A stretch of DNA of 64,000 bases from contig JAZSPC010000050.1 of NCBI GenBank assembly GCA_045537285.1, positions 31,358 through 95,357 on the forward strand. Reading direction: 5' to 3'. Of the stretch, positions 12,598 to 22,183 are shown in pieces. Each line of letters starts with the position of its first letter. Within the stretch, counting starts at the first letter, position 1. The notes beneath the pieces were generated by a model that worked only from the letters and a program-made list of their open reading frames with translations, did no database searches and was not told the origin of the DNA. The position numbers and the translations under genes were made by a program. The DNA comes from Clostridia bacterium. GTDB lineage: Bacteria; Bacillota; Clostridia; TANB77; CAG-508.

Positions 12598-12634
12598 AAA
12601 AACACAGTCACTTTATAGGTGACTGTGTTTTTGT
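12598..12634. terminator. bidirectional terminator between convergent rny and orphan gene
   Basis: 10-bp stem acacagtcac/gtgactgtgt flanked by A- and T-runs. Confidence 0.6.
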
Positions 12635-12961
12635 TTAGTCTGCATAATCCAACGGATTTACAGGTTCTGTCCTGCGGAAAATTCTTGCCTTGGAAGTCTT
12701 ATAAAAGACTATAACGTGATCAGGAGTGATTTGAATATCCATATTCAGGCAATCAGGATTTGCATTTAATTCATTAACAAAATCAAAGAATTTGTTATAA
12801 GAATCTGTGTTATCAGCAAACAGTTTTCTGATAAACTGAACATCATCCTTATTGTGGATTTGATTATCCTCATCATAGAGTACCACGTTTATTTCCCCGC
12901 ATTCAGGGAAAAGTCTTGTGCAGATTCCAGCTTCCCGCATAATTGTTGCGAATTTCATCAT
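12635..12961 (-). CDS. hypothetical 108-aa protein, GC-rich relative to surroundings (possible horizontally acquired orphan)
   Basis: Minus-strand ORF with AAGAGG RBS and its own -10 (TATAAT). About 40% GC against roughly 28% locally. Interrupts the conserved rny-ymdB arrangement. Confidence 0.5.
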   Translation of the reverse strand: MMKFATIMREAGICTRLFPECGEINVVLYDEDNQIHNKDDVQFIRKLFADNTDSYNKFFDFVNELNANPDCLNMDIQITPDHVIVFYKTSKARIFRRTEPVNPLDYAD

Positions 12962-13123
12962 GGTGTTTATACCTCTTTTATTTTATTTACCCCTTGGGGT
13001 ATTTTATACATATATTATACCATAAAAGAAATAATAAAGCAAATTTATGTAAATAAAAGAAAATCTTGATAAAATATTAAAAATATAGTATTATATATAA
13101 AGTAGAAAAGGATGTGAAAAATT

Positions 13124-13894
13124 ATGAAAATATTAGCAGTTGGAGATATAGTTGGATTAAATGGATTGAATAAATTAAAAGAAGTATTACCTAATTTGAA
13201 GAAAATGGAGAGAATAGATTTTGTAATAGTAAATGGAGAAAATGCAGCAGGAGGAATGGGAATTACAGAGAAAGATTTTAGACAGATGTTATTTGCAGGA
13301 GCTGATGTAGTGACACTTGGAAATCATACATGGTCCAAAAAGGATGTATTTACTATTATAGAAGAAGAAAAACTTTTAAGACCTGCAAATTATCCAAAAA
13401 ATGTTTTGGGTAAAGGATATAATATATTTAATTATAAAAATAAAAAGATAGCAGTTATTAATTTAATTGGAAGAACAAATATGGGGATATTAGCAGAAAA
13501 CCCATTTTTAGAAGCAGATAGTATAATAGAAAAAATAGAATGTAAAGCAGATTATATAGTTATAGATTTCCATGCAGAAGCAACTGCTGAAAAAATAGCA
13601 TTAGCAAATTACTTAGATGGTAGAGTAAATATTGTGTTTGGAACACATACACATGTTCAAACAGCAGATGAAATGGTACTTCCAAAGGGGACTGCATATA
13701 TTACAGATATAGGAATGACAGGTCCAATTGATTCTGTTATTGGTATGGAAAAGAAGGCATCAATAAAAAGATTTGTAACAACTCTTCCAGAAAAATATAA
13801 AATAGCAGAAGGAGAAAGTAAGTTTAATAGTTGTTTATTTACTATAAATGATGAAAATGGAAAAATAGAAGAAATAAAGAGAATAAATTTGTAA
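13124..13894 (+). CDS. ymdB: 2',3'-cyclic-nucleotide 2'-phosphodiesterase YmdB (metallophosphoesterase)
   Basis: MKILAVGDIVG...GNHTW calcineurin-like motifs. rny-ymdB-spoVS synteny. Confidence 0.8.
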   Translation: MKILAVGDIVGLNGLNKLKEVLPNLKKMERIDFVIVNGENAAGGMGITEKDFRQMLFAGADVVTLGNHTWSKKDVFTIIEEEKLLRPANYPKNVLGKGYNIFNYKNKKIAVINLIGRTNMGILAENPFLEADSIIEKIECKADYIVIDFHAEATAEKIALANYLDGRVNIVFGTHTHVQTADEMVLPKGTAYITDIGMTGPIDSVIGMEKKASIKRFVTTLPEKYKIAEGESKFNSCLFTINDENGKIEEIKRINL

Positions 13895-14019
13895 AAAAAG
13901 TCGAAAAATGAAATACGAAACTTCCAGAAATTTCCAAAAAACACTAGACATTGTGTTTAAAATATAATATAAATATGTTCGTGCACAAATGAAACAAAAT
14001 TTATATTAGGAGGAAAGAA

Positions 14020-14283
14020 ATGGAAGTTTTAAAAATTTCAGCAAAATCAAATCCAAATTCAGTTGCAGGAGCAATAGCAGGGTTAGTGAAGGAATCTAAC
14101 AAAGCAGAAATGCAAGCAATAGGAGCAGGAGCATTAAATCAAGCAATCAAGGCGGTAGCTATTGCAAGAGGGTTCGTAGCACCAGCGGGAGTAGACTTAG
14201 TATGTGTGCCAGCGTTCGCTGAGGTGGAAGTTGAAGGCGAAGACAGAACTGGAATAAAAATAATAGTTGAATCAAGGGTATAA
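14020..14283 (+). CDS. spoVS: stage V sporulation protein S
   Basis: 87-aa highly conserved SpoVS sequence. Confidence 0.9.
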   Translation: MEVLKISAKSNPNSVAGAIAGLVKESNKAEMQAIGAGALNQAIKAVAIARGFVAPAGVDLVCVPAFAEVEVEGEDRTGIKIIVESRV

Positions 14284-14284
14284 G

Positions 14285-14310
14285 AAAAGTGGCAAAGCCA
14301 CTTTTTTTGT
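14285..14310 (+). terminator. terminator after spoVS
   Basis: aaagtggc...gccacttt plus a T-run. Confidence 0.6.
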
Positions 14311-14334
14311 ATATATTAAACAAAGGAGAGGACT

Positions 14335-15942
14335 ATGAAAGAAAGGCATTTTAGAATTATATTTATAATATTAGTAGCTATTTTATTAATATCTGCAATA
14401 TATATTTATGTATTTAAACAAAGTGAAAAAACTCTTTTAGCAAGTAAATTAAATTCTAATAAAAAAGAAAGTTTAATATCAAATAATATAAGAATTGGAA
14501 TTATGGATTTTGATAATATAAATCCAATTTTAAGTAATAACAAAAATGTTCAAGATATTTCAAGATTAATCTTTGATCCACTATTTACTTTAACAGAAGA
14601 TTATAAATTAAAAGGAGTGTTGGCAAGGGAATGGTCAAAAATAGCAAATAAAACATATATAATAAAATTAAATGAAAATATTTTATGGCATGATGGTAAT
14701 AAGTTTGATAGTTCTGATGTGATTTTTACAATAAATATGCTAAAAAAACTAAAAGAGAATTCAATATACTATCACAATATAAAAAATATAGCACAGGTAA
14801 ATGAAATAGATGAATATACAATTAAAATTATAACAGATAGAGATATTCAATATTTTGAGTACAATTTAATATTTCCAATAATATCAAGTAAATATTTTAA
14901 TGAAGAAAATTTTAACTTAACAAGTAAGAATACAAAACCGGTAGGAACAGGAATGTTCTATATTTCAGAAGTTAATAATAAAAGTATTTTATTAAAAAAG
15001 AATTTAGAAAATTCAAAAGACCAAGATTTAAAGATAGAAACTATACTACTCAAATTATATTCTTCATTATCAACTGTAATAGAAGCATTTAAAACAGAAG
15101 AAATAGATATATTTACTACCTCTAATAAAGGTGTAGAGGAGTATTTGAAAAATACTAGATATAATATTAGTAGGTATATAAATAGGGAATATAATTATTT
15201 AGCTTTTAATTGCAAAAGTGAAATATTATCTAATAAAGAAGTAAAAAAAGCTATAAATTATACTGTAAATAAAGAAGATATATTGAAAAATATACTTAAT
15301 AATAAATATGAAATATCAAATTTTCCATTAGATTTTGGGAGTTTTGCTTATGACATAAGTAATGATATTACCGCTTATGATAGCAATAAAGCTAAAAATA
15401 TATTAGTAGAAAATGGTTGGAAATATTCAGCAGAAGGGTGGAAAAAGAAAGTTAATAACAGTAATATAAAAATAGAACTAGATATTGTAGTAAATAAAAA
15501 TAATACAGATAATATAAAAGTAGCAAACAATATAAAAGAACAATTAAGTTTAGTGGGAATATTAATAAATGTAAAAGAAGTAAGTAATAAAGAGTATAAT
15601 AATTATTTAAAAAATAAAAACTATGACATTATAATTGCAAATCATACATATAGTTATAGTCCATCATTAGAAAAATATTTTGGAGAAGATAATCTATCAA
15701 ATTATACTAATAATGAAATTAATACATTATTAAAAGAAATTGAATTTCTAGATGATGAAAATGAAATAAAACAAAAATATACAAGAATAAATGAAATATA
15801 TAATGAAGAAATTCCATATATAAGCCTATATTATGATACAAGCTCAATAATCTATTCAGCTAACTTAAAAGGTACAATAACACCAAATTCATATAATCTA
15901 TTTTTAGGGATAGAAACGTGGTATAGAGAGTATGAAAAATAA
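14335..15942 (+). CDS. extracellular solute-binding protein family 5 (oligopeptide-binding-like), TM-anchored, orphan
   Basis: N-terminal TM and an SBP_bac_5-like body. No cognate permease or ATPase genes nearby. Confidence 0.5.
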   Translation: MKERHFRIIFIILVAILLISAIYIYVFKQSEKTLLASKLNSNKKESLISNNIRIGIMDFDNINPILSNNKNVQDISRLIFDPLFTLTEDYKLKGVLAREWSKIANKTYIIKLNENILWHDGNKFDSSDVIFTINMLKKLKENSIYYHNIKNIAQVNEIDEYTIKIITDRDIQYFEYNLIFPIISSKYFNEENFNLTSKNTKPVGTGMFYISEVNNKSILLKKNLENSKDQDLKIETILLKLYSSLSTVIEAFKTEEIDIFTTSNKGVEEYLKNTRYNISRYINREYNYLAFNCKSEILSNKEVKKAINYTVNKEDILKNILNNKYEISNFPLDFGSFAYDISNDITAYDSNKAKNILVENGWKYSAEGWKKKVNNSNIKIELDIVVNKNNTDNIKVANNIKEQLSLVGILINVKEVSNKEYNNYLKNKNYDIIIANHTYSYSPSLEKYFGEDNLSNYTNNEINTLLKEIEFLDDENEIKQKYTRINEIYNEEIPYISLYYDTSSIIYSANLKGTITPNSYNLFLGIETWYREYEK

Positions 15943-15959
15943 AAAATGTAAACAAAATA

Positions 15960-15988
15960 TTGATTTTGTAAATAAAATAAGCTATAAT
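15960..15988 (+). promoter_or_regulatory. sigma-A promoter TTGATT-17-TATAAT driving the repeat region and toxN
   Basis: Consensus elements directly upstream of the repeat array. Confidence 0.5.
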
Positions 15989-16027
15989 GAATATACTAAT
16001 ATTGATAAATTAATTTATCAAATAAAT

Positions 16028-16182
16028 TAGGTAGCATAAACCTTTGATTAATTTCATAAATGTGCAATGAAGGTTAGATATGAGCCTTTAAGATGTAGTC
16101 TTATAAATAAATATCTAGTTAAACATTAGGTTAGAAACGAGCCTTTAGTTTTACTATAAACGAGTTTCCAGAAAAATTAAAA
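16028..16182 (+). ncRNA. candidate type III antitoxin RNA: three degenerate direct repeats (about 42, 57 and 55 nt) each starting AGGT(T)AG..CCTTT
   Basis: Repeats start at about 16028, 16070 and 16127. They lie between a promoter and a terminator immediately upstream of a ToxN-family gene, the canonical toxI-toxN layout. Confidence 0.45.
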
Positions 16183-16183
16183 G

Positions 16184-16215
16184 GGGGGGATACTATTGGG
16201 GTATCCCTCTTTTTG
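16184..16215 (+). terminator. intrinsic terminator between repeat array and toxN
   Basis: G-run plus atac ... gtatccc stem followed by TTTTT. Confidence 0.55.
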
Positions 16216-16247
16216 TGTTTTCAAAAAATAAATTTATAGGAGGTATA

Positions 16248-16754
16248 ATGAAAAAGGAAACTAAAAAAATAAAACTAGGGAAATTGAATTTTTATATAAT
16301 TGATGAGGATTATATTAATTATTTAAAGAAATTTGATAAGCACATTGCCTACAACAAAAATCAAAAACGACCATACATAGGAGTTGTAATTGTAGTAGAA
16401 GATAATTATTATTTTGCGCCTTTATTTTCACCCAAATTAAAGCATAAAACATATAAAGATAATTTGACATTTTTTAAAATTGTTAATGTTAAAAATAAAT
16501 CTGATTTAGGCATTATAAGATTTTCTGATATGATACCGGTACCACAGGAGAGTGTATATTTGCTTGATACAAAAGAGAAAAGTTATGGATATAAAAGGTT
16601 GCTTTCAGAACAGTACAACTATATAAATATACCAACCAATAGAGAAAAGATTATGGAGAAAGCACAAAAGATTTATAATATAGTTACAAAAGATAGGAAA
16701 AGTAAAATGTCTAAATTTTATAAAAATTTAAGTTGTAATTTTAAGTTATTATAA
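16248..16754 (+). CDS. toxN: type III toxin-antitoxin toxin, ToxN/AbiQ-family endoribonuclease
   Basis: Motifs align to ToxN/AbiQ (FY.I...YI.YLK.FD, PYIGVV...YFAPL.SPK, IIRFSDMIPV, YLLD). 169 aa. AGGAGG RBS before the ATG at 16248. Confidence 0.75.
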   Translation: MKKETKKIKLGKLNFYIIDEDYINYLKKFDKHIAYNKNQKRPYIGVVIVVEDNYYFAPLFSPKLKHKTYKDNLTFFKIVNVKNKSDLGIIRFSDMIPVPQESVYLLDTKEKSYGYKRLLSEQYNYINIPTNREKIMEKAQKIYNIVTKDRKSKMSKFYKNLSCNFKLL

Positions 16755-16811
16755 CAAAAATGCATAGAATATAAAATAGAAAAATAATAAATAAAAAATT
16801 TAAAAAAACTG

Positions 16812-16861
16812 TTGACAAATATTTTTTTTAATATATAATAAGAATATACAAACAAATGTTT
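16812..16861 (+). promoter_or_regulatory. recA promoter (TTGACA / TATAAT) with candidate LexA (Cheo-like) box AAACAAATGTTT at 16850-16861
   Basis: Promoter elements are present. The palindromic half-sites AAAC/GTTT lie just downstream of the -10. Confidence 0.45.
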
Positions 16862-16879
16862 AATTTAGGAGGAAACAAT

Positions 16880-17929
16880 ATGGAAAATCAAAATCCAGAA
16901 AAAAGAAGAGCGCTAGAAGCGGCAATGGGGCAAATTGAAAAACAATTTGGTAAAGGGTCAGTTATGAAACTTGGAGAATTCCAAGCAATGAATATAGAAG
17001 CTATCCCAACAGGAGCATTGGGATTAGATATAGCATTAGGTATTGGTGGCGTGCCACGTGGAAGAATTATTGAAATATATGGACCAGAATCTTCTGGTAA
17101 GACAACATTAGCATTACATATAATTGCAGAAGCTCAAAAAATGAATGGTGAAGCAGCATTTATAGATGCAGAACACGCATTAGATCCAGTATATGCTAAA
17201 CACTTAGGCGTAGATATAGATAATTTGATCGTATCACAACCAGATACAGGAGAACAAGCATTAGAAATCACAGAAGCATTAATAAGAAGTGGTGCACTAG
17301 ATGTTATAGTTGTAGACTCTGTTGCAGCATTAGTTCCAAAAGCAGAAATTGATGGCGATATGGGAGATTCACATATAGGACTTCAAGCAAGACTTATGTC
17401 ACAAGCTTTAAGAAAGTTAGCAGGAGCTATAAATAAATCTAAAACAGTTTTAGTATTTATTAACCAATTAAGAGAAAAAGTAGGAGTAATGTTTGGAAAT
17501 CCAGAAACAACAACTGGTGGTAGAGCATTAAAATACTATTCATCTGTAAGATTAGATATTAGAAAAGTAGAAAATATCAAACAAGACGGAGAAGTTGTAG
17601 GAAACAGAGCAAGAGTAAAAGTTGTAAAAAACAAAGTAGCGCCACCATTTAGAGAGGCAGAATTTGATATAGTATATGGTAAAGGTATATCAAAAGAAGG
17701 CAATATACTAGATATAGGTGTTAACTTAGATATAGTAGAAAAAAGTGGTTCTTGGTTTAGTTATAATGGAGAAAGACTTGCACAAGGTAGAGAAAATGTT
17801 AAAGACTACTTAACAGAACATCCAGAAATGATGAAAGAAATTGAAGAAAAAATAAGAGCGAAATTCTCAGAAGCATTTGAAAAGAGCTTAGGAGATGAAG
17901 AACCAGACGAAGATGAGGATGCAGAATAA
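16880..17929 (+). CDS. recA: recombinase RecA
   Basis: Walker [10 protein letters not shown] and full-length RecA conservation. ATG at 16880 with GGAGG RBS. Confidence 0.95.
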   Translation: MENQNPEKRRALEAAMGQIEKQFGKGSVMKLGEFQAMNIEAIPTGALGLDIALGIGGVPRGRIIEIYGPESSGKTTLALHIIAEAQKMNGEAAFIDAEHALDPVYAKHLGVDIDNLIVSQPDTGEQALEITEALIRSGALDVIVVDSVAALVPKAEIDGDMGDSHIGLQARLMSQALRKLAGAINKSKTVLVFINQLREKVGVMFGNPETTTGGRALKYYSSVRLDIRKVENIKQDGEVVGNRARVKVVKNKVAPPFREAEFDIVYGKGISKEGNILDIGVNLDIVEKSGSWFSYNGERLAQGRENVKDYLTEHPEMMKEIEEKIRAKFSEAFEKSLGDEEPDEDEDAE

Positions 17930-17934
17930 TTTTT

Positions 17935-17970
17935 AGAGATATAATAAGAGTAATACTATTTAGTATTACT
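17935..17970 (+). terminator. terminator after recA
   Basis: 12-bp stem aagagtaatact/agtattactctt. Confidence 0.5.
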
Positions 17971-18016
17971 CTTTATTTTAAAGAAAATTTATGATATATT
18001 ATGAGTGGTGAAAAAA

Positions 18017-18469
18017 ATGGAATATAGTGTAGAAGAATTTGATAAAGCAAAAACCAAAGTAATGAATTACATTATGTATAAAAAAAGAACAGAATATGAA
18101 GTAAGGAATAAATTTTCAAAAATACTTGAAGAAAATTTATTAAATGATATAATAGAGTACGTTAAGGAAGCTGGTTACCTAAGTGATACAGCATATATTG
18201 ACAGAGCAGTATGTGAATTTAAAGCATTAAATAATTTATCAAGAAAAGAAATAAAGTATAAGCTATATTCAAAAGGAATTGAGAATAGTTTAATAGAAGA
18301 TTATTTTTCAGAAAATTTAGAAGAACTATATGAATATGAACTAAAATCAGCTAAGAATATAGTTATAAAAAAACAAAGTACAATGGATGAAGAAGAAATA
18401 GAAAACTACCTTAGAAAAAAAGGATATAGAGAGGATATTATAAATCAAGCAATTAAAGATGAGGAGTAG
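18017..18469 (+). CDS. recX: RecX-like regulatory protein
   Basis: Small helical-repeat protein directly downstream of recA. Family assignment tentative. Confidence 0.45.
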   Translation: MEYSVEEFDKAKTKVMNYIMYKKRTEYEVRNKFSKILEENLLNDIIEYVKEAGYLSDTAYIDRAVCEFKALNNLSRKEIKYKLYSKGIENSLIEDYFSENLEELYEYELKSAKNIVIKKQSTMDEEEIENYLRKKGYREDIINQAIKDEE

Positions 18470-18471
18470 AA

Positions 18472-19227
18472 ATGCAAAACGTATTAACACTAGAATCAAA
18501 TAAGTATGCTATAAAAATAGAAAACTTTGAAGGACCACTAGATTTGTTATGTCATTTAATAGATAAAAACAAAATGAATATTTATGACATAAAAATTAGT
18601 GAGATAGCAGACCAATATATAGAATACATAAATAAAATGGAAGAGCTAAATTTAGAAGTGACAAGTGAATTTCTAATAATGGCATCAACACTTCTATATA
18701 TAAAATCAAAAGGGCTTCTTCCAAACCAAGCAGAAGCAGCAGAAGAGCTTACAGAAGAGCAATTAATTCAAAGAATAATAGAATACAAAAAATATAAAGA
18801 AATTACAGCAAAATTTAGGGCGGGTTATGAAGAATTTTCTAAACGTTTCTTTAAAATACCAGAGCTTATTGAACTTCCAAAACAAAAATTAGAAGTTGAG
18901 TATAGCAAAGAAATACTTCCTGATTTATATAAAGGAATTATAGAAAGAAACAATGAAAAAATTAATCAAAATGCTAAAAATATTGAAAAAATTGCAATTG
19001 TAGAGACATATACAGTAGCAAGTAAAGTAAAAGAAATGTTTAAAGAATTAATTAGAAAACCTAAATTTGTATTTAATAAGTTATATTCAATTTCTAAATG
19101 TAACAAACAAGAAGTAGTAACAGCATTTACAGGGCTTCTAGAACTATCTAGAAGAAACAAAGTTACAACGGTTCAAGAGGAGTTATTTGGAGATATAACT
19201 GTTGAGAAAACCAAAAGAAATGTTTAA
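18472..19227 (+). CDS. scpA: segregation and condensation protein A
   Basis: FEGPLDLL...Y motif and overall ScpA similarity. No scpB follows. Confidence 0.75.
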   Translation: MQNVLTLESNKYAIKIENFEGPLDLLCHLIDKNKMNIYDIKISEIADQYIEYINKMEELNLEVTSEFLIMASTLLYIKSKGLLPNQAEAAEELTEEQLIQRIIEYKKYKEITAKFRAGYEEFSKRFFKIPELIELPKQKLEVEYSKEILPDLYKGIIERNNEKINQNAKNIEKIAIVETYTVASKVKEMFKELIRKPKFVFNKLYSISKCNKQEVVTAFTGLLELSRRNKVTTVQEELFGDITVEKTKRNV

Positions 19228-19270
19228 TTGAAAATAAAAATGTGAAAACTAGTATTAAAGGAGAAATCTT

Positions 19271-19882
19271 ATGATACTAGTTTTTATTATTTTAGGACTA
19301 ATTATATTAGTAACTTTATCAATACTCATTTTTAAATTATCAAATGCAAAATTAGAAATAAAAAAGCTACATATATCAAATGAACAAGAAAAGGTAAAAG
19401 TAGATTTTCTATTAAATGTTGGAATATATTTTTTGAACAAGATACAACTTATAAAATTTACTATTGATAATTATAAAATACAGAATACATTACAAAGTGG
19501 AAAGTTAGATATTAATAAATTTAAGCAAAATGAAGCTATAAATATAGATGTTTTAAAATCTTTAAAATATCACGATTTTACAATAGAATATGTAAAAATA
19601 GGAGGATATTTTTCAACTTTTGACCCGGTTTTATCAACTTGGATATATGCTTTTATACAATCAGTTATCCCAATATTAATAGCTAGAAGAATTGATGGTA
19701 AATATATTAATGAGCTTGAATTTTTAAATGTTAACAAAAATGAAATAAACATTAATTTAAACTGTATAATTAGTGTAAAAATGGTAAATATTATAAATAT
19801 ATTACATTATTTAAAAAAGAAAGGTGGAAATATTAATGGAAAATCATCCGATAGAAGGTCTTATGCTTACAGCAATGAATAG
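19271..19882 (+). CDS. hypothetical membrane protein, YtfI/DUF2953-like
   Basis: N-terminal TM and position upstream of ytfJ. Low-complexity, AT-rich. Confidence 0.35.
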   Translation: MILVFIILGLIILVTLSILIFKLSNAKLEIKKLHISNEQEKVKVDFLLNVGIYFLNKIQLIKFTIDNYKIQNTLQSGKLDINKFKQNEAINIDVLKSLKYHDFTIEYVKIGGYFSTFDPVLSTWIYAFIQSVIPILIARRIDGKYINELEFLNVNKNEININLNCIISVKMVNIINILHYLKKKGGNINGKSSDRRSYAYSNE

Positions 19883-20471
19883 CATAGAAAATATGATTGA
19901 TGTAAATACAATAATAGGAGAACCTATTGAAACTGTAAATAATATAGTAATAATACCTGTATCAAAAGTAGCTTTTGGTTTTGCAGCTGGTGGAAGTGAG
20001 TTTAAAGGAGAAACAAGAGATGAGTATAATAAAAAAGATAAAACTGAAAATGTACAATATAGATTACCGTTTGGTGGTGGAAGCGGAGCAGGAGTAAGTA
20101 TTAATCCAATAGCATTTTTGGTTGTAGAAAATGATAAAGTAAGGCTATTACCGGTAAATCATAGTTCTTGTATAGATAAATTATTAGACTATGTACCAGA
20201 TTTATTTGAAAAGGTTTCACAAACAAAGAAAAAACTGAATTCTTCAACAGAAAAAGAAGATTTTGAAAGTGATGATATAGAAAAAGAACAATTAATACAA
20301 GAAGAACAAGTAAGATTTAAAAGTAAAAAAACAAATATTAATAAATCACCAAGAACAACAGAGGAAAATTTAGCATATAATCCTAAGAGTAGAATAAAAA
20401 AACAAAGTGAAGAAATTGCAGAAGAGTTAGAAGATTTATTTGAAGAAGAATATGAGTATGATGATGACTAA
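19836..20471 (+). CDS. ytfJ: sporulation protein YtfJ (GerW family) with acidic C-terminal tail
   Basis: GEPIE...IPVSKVAFGFAAGGSE...LPFGGGSGAGVSI motifs. ATG at 19836 with AAGGTGG RBS. Confidence 0.6.
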   Translation: MENHPIEGLMLTAMNSIENMIDVNTIIGEPIETVNNIVIIPVSKVAFGFAAGGSEFKGETRDEYNKKDKTENVQYRLPFGGGSGAGVSINPIAFLVVENDKVRLLPVNHSSCIDKLLDYVPDLFEKVSQTKKKLNSSTEKEDFESDDIEKEQLIQEEQVRFKSKKTNINKSPRTTEENLAYNPKSRIKKQSEEIAEELEDLFEEEYEYDDD

Positions 20472-20474
20472 AAT

Positions 20475-20510
20475 TTGCAAAAAAATGTAAGTTATGGTAT
20501 AATATAAAAC
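20475..20510 (+). promoter_or_regulatory. sigma-A promoter TTGCAA-17-TATAAT at start of ORF-free GC-rich region
   Basis: ttgcaaaaaaatgtaagttatggtataat. Confidence 0.4.
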
Positions 20511-21075
20511 GATGGTGCATTATTCTAGTAATTTTGACTATTATGAGGGTGGGGCTAAAAATCCACTAAAAGGCACACAGATAAAGCTTGTTATTAATGC
20601 GCGGAACGCCCAGTTCTGTGCGTTAGTAGGAAGAAAGAAATTAGGATGATATATAATGGCATATATAGGAATTCCTCGTTTCGTTTAAGACTTAAAATTT
20701 ATCTTTTTTAAGTGTAACCTATACCAGTGCCAAGACACGAAGTATAGAGTAGCCTGTTTTGAGTGATAATTCGGGATTAGTGAGTAGAATAAAATATTTA
20801 GTGGCCATAAGTATTTTATTTGTTGCTATGAAATTATTATTGCAAAAGAAACTAATAGTAGTAATCAAAATTTCAAGGAAAACTTCTAGAATGTTTGTTA
20901 CGATACAAGAAAGTTTAGAGATTGAGGTGCGGATTTAAGTGGCGATCTAGTTTCTAATATATATTATTAGGTATTTTCTTTAAATGGAAACGGCCAGACA
21001 GTAATGTTAGGTAGAAAATAGAGAAATTCTACTAGACCTAAACCGTAAAATTTATCTAAACTTTTACCATCTTAT
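20510..21075 (+). ncRNA. candidate large structured ncRNA (about 570 nt), OLE-RNA-like by size and context
   Basis: About 600 bp with no ORF of 60 aa or more on either strand, and local GC well above flanks. Has its own promoter. Directly precedes a small 4-TM protein gene, as in ole-oapA loci. Not verified against any covariance model. Confidence 0.4.
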
Positions 21076-21085
21076 CTTATTTTAA

Positions 21086-21646
21086 TTGGAGTTAAATAAA
21101 TTGAAAAACAAAGAAATGAAAAAAGAAAAATGGAAATATACATGGGCAGTACAAGCCCTATTTATTACGTTTGCTTTATCACTTCTTTTTTCTTTTATAT
21201 CAACAAATGCAATAAATAGCCTAGATTTAATACCAGCAATATTGATATTAGTTTTAGTAATATTAATAGGTATTGTAACAGATATAATAGGTGTTGCAGT
21301 AACAGTAGGAGAAGAAGAAGATTTTCATGCAAAAGCAAGTAAAAAAATAGAAGGAGCGAAATCTTCTATAAAATTAATAAGAAATTCAGCGAAAGTTGCT
21401 AATATATGTTGTGATGTTATTGGTGATATTTGTGGAGTATTAAGTGGTGCAATAAGTGCAATGTTAGCAGTAAGAATAGTTACAATGTTTAATATAAACA
21501 TTAATATGAACTTTTTAATAAGTGCTGTTGTAGCAGCTGTAACTGTTGGTTCAAAAGCAGCTGGAAAAGTTATAGCACAAGAAAATTCAACTAAAATTGT
21601 ACATATAGTTGGAACGATGTTAAATAGATTTATAAAAGATAAATAG
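21086..21646 (+). CDS. small 4-TM membrane protein with internal repeat (TDIIGVAV / CDVIGDICGV), OapA-like candidate
   Basis: 186-aa ORF. Start ambiguous (TTG 21086, TTG 21101 or ATG 21116). Two-fold repeated D-containing TM motifs. Confidence 0.4.
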   Translation: MELNKLKNKEMKKEKWKYTWAVQALFITFALSLLFSFISTNAINSLDLIPAILILVLVILIGIVTDIIGVAVTVGEEEDFHAKASKKIEGAKSSIKLIRNSAKVANICCDVIGDICGVLSGAISAMLAVRIVTMFNININMNFLISAVVAAVTVGSKAAGKVIAQENSTKIVHIVGTMLNRFIKDK

Positions 21647-21656
21647 GAGAAAAGAA

Positions 21657-22166
21657 ATGCCAGGTTATGTAATACATATTGCAATAGCAAATGAGTATAT
21701 AAAAAAGCATAAAAAAGTTGAAGATATAAAAGAATTTATAAATGGTGTTATAGCACCGGATTTAACAAGTGAAAAGTCAAAAACACACTATGGAAAATCA
21801 CCAGCTTATACAGGACTCAAAGGATTTTTAGAAAACAATAAAATAGAAGATAGTTTTAATAGAGGTTGTTTTTTACACTTAATAACAGATTACTTATTCT
21901 ATAACTACTATTTGGACTATTATGATAAAAAAGATATGTATCATGATTATGATGTATTAAATAAAACTTTAATAGACCAATATAATGTAATTTTACCAGA
22001 TAATATAAAAGATAAAGTATTTTATATAAATGATAAAACAAAAATTTTAAGTTATGAGTTAGCTACTAAAATTATAGATGAAATATCTTCAATGGATATA
22101 GATGAAATAGAAAAAGAAGTATTGAACGATAATAAAAGATGGAATCAATATAAGAGACTTGTGTAA
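21657..22166 (+). CDS. hypothetical protein, zinc-dependent phospholipase C-like fold (tentative)
   Basis: N-terminal MPGYVIHIAIANEY resembles cytoplasmic Zn_dep_PLPC-family proteins. RBS GGAGAAAAG. Confidence 0.3.
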   Translation: MPGYVIHIAIANEYIKKHKKVEDIKEFINGVIAPDLTSEKSKTHYGKSPAYTGLKGFLENNKIEDSFNRGCFLHLITDYLFYNYYLDYYDKKDMYHDYDVLNKTLIDQYNVILPDNIKDKVFYINDKTKILSYELATKIIDEISSMDIDEIEKEVLNDNKRWNQYKRLV

Positions 22167-22183
22167 AATAGGAGGAAAAGTAT

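Noticed and set aside
12854-13069. 71-aa plus-strand ORF
   Set aside because: Overlaps the better-supported minus-strand 108-aa gene and its promoter. No RBS.
20510-21075. Group II intron or riboswitch interpretation of the ORF-free GC-rich region
   Set aside because: Starts near a GTGCG, but there is no domain V-like motif and no intron-encoded protein. No recognisable T-box, SAM, FMN, TPP, lysine or c-di-GMP core sequences. Kept as an unspecified or OLE-like ncRNA candidate instead.
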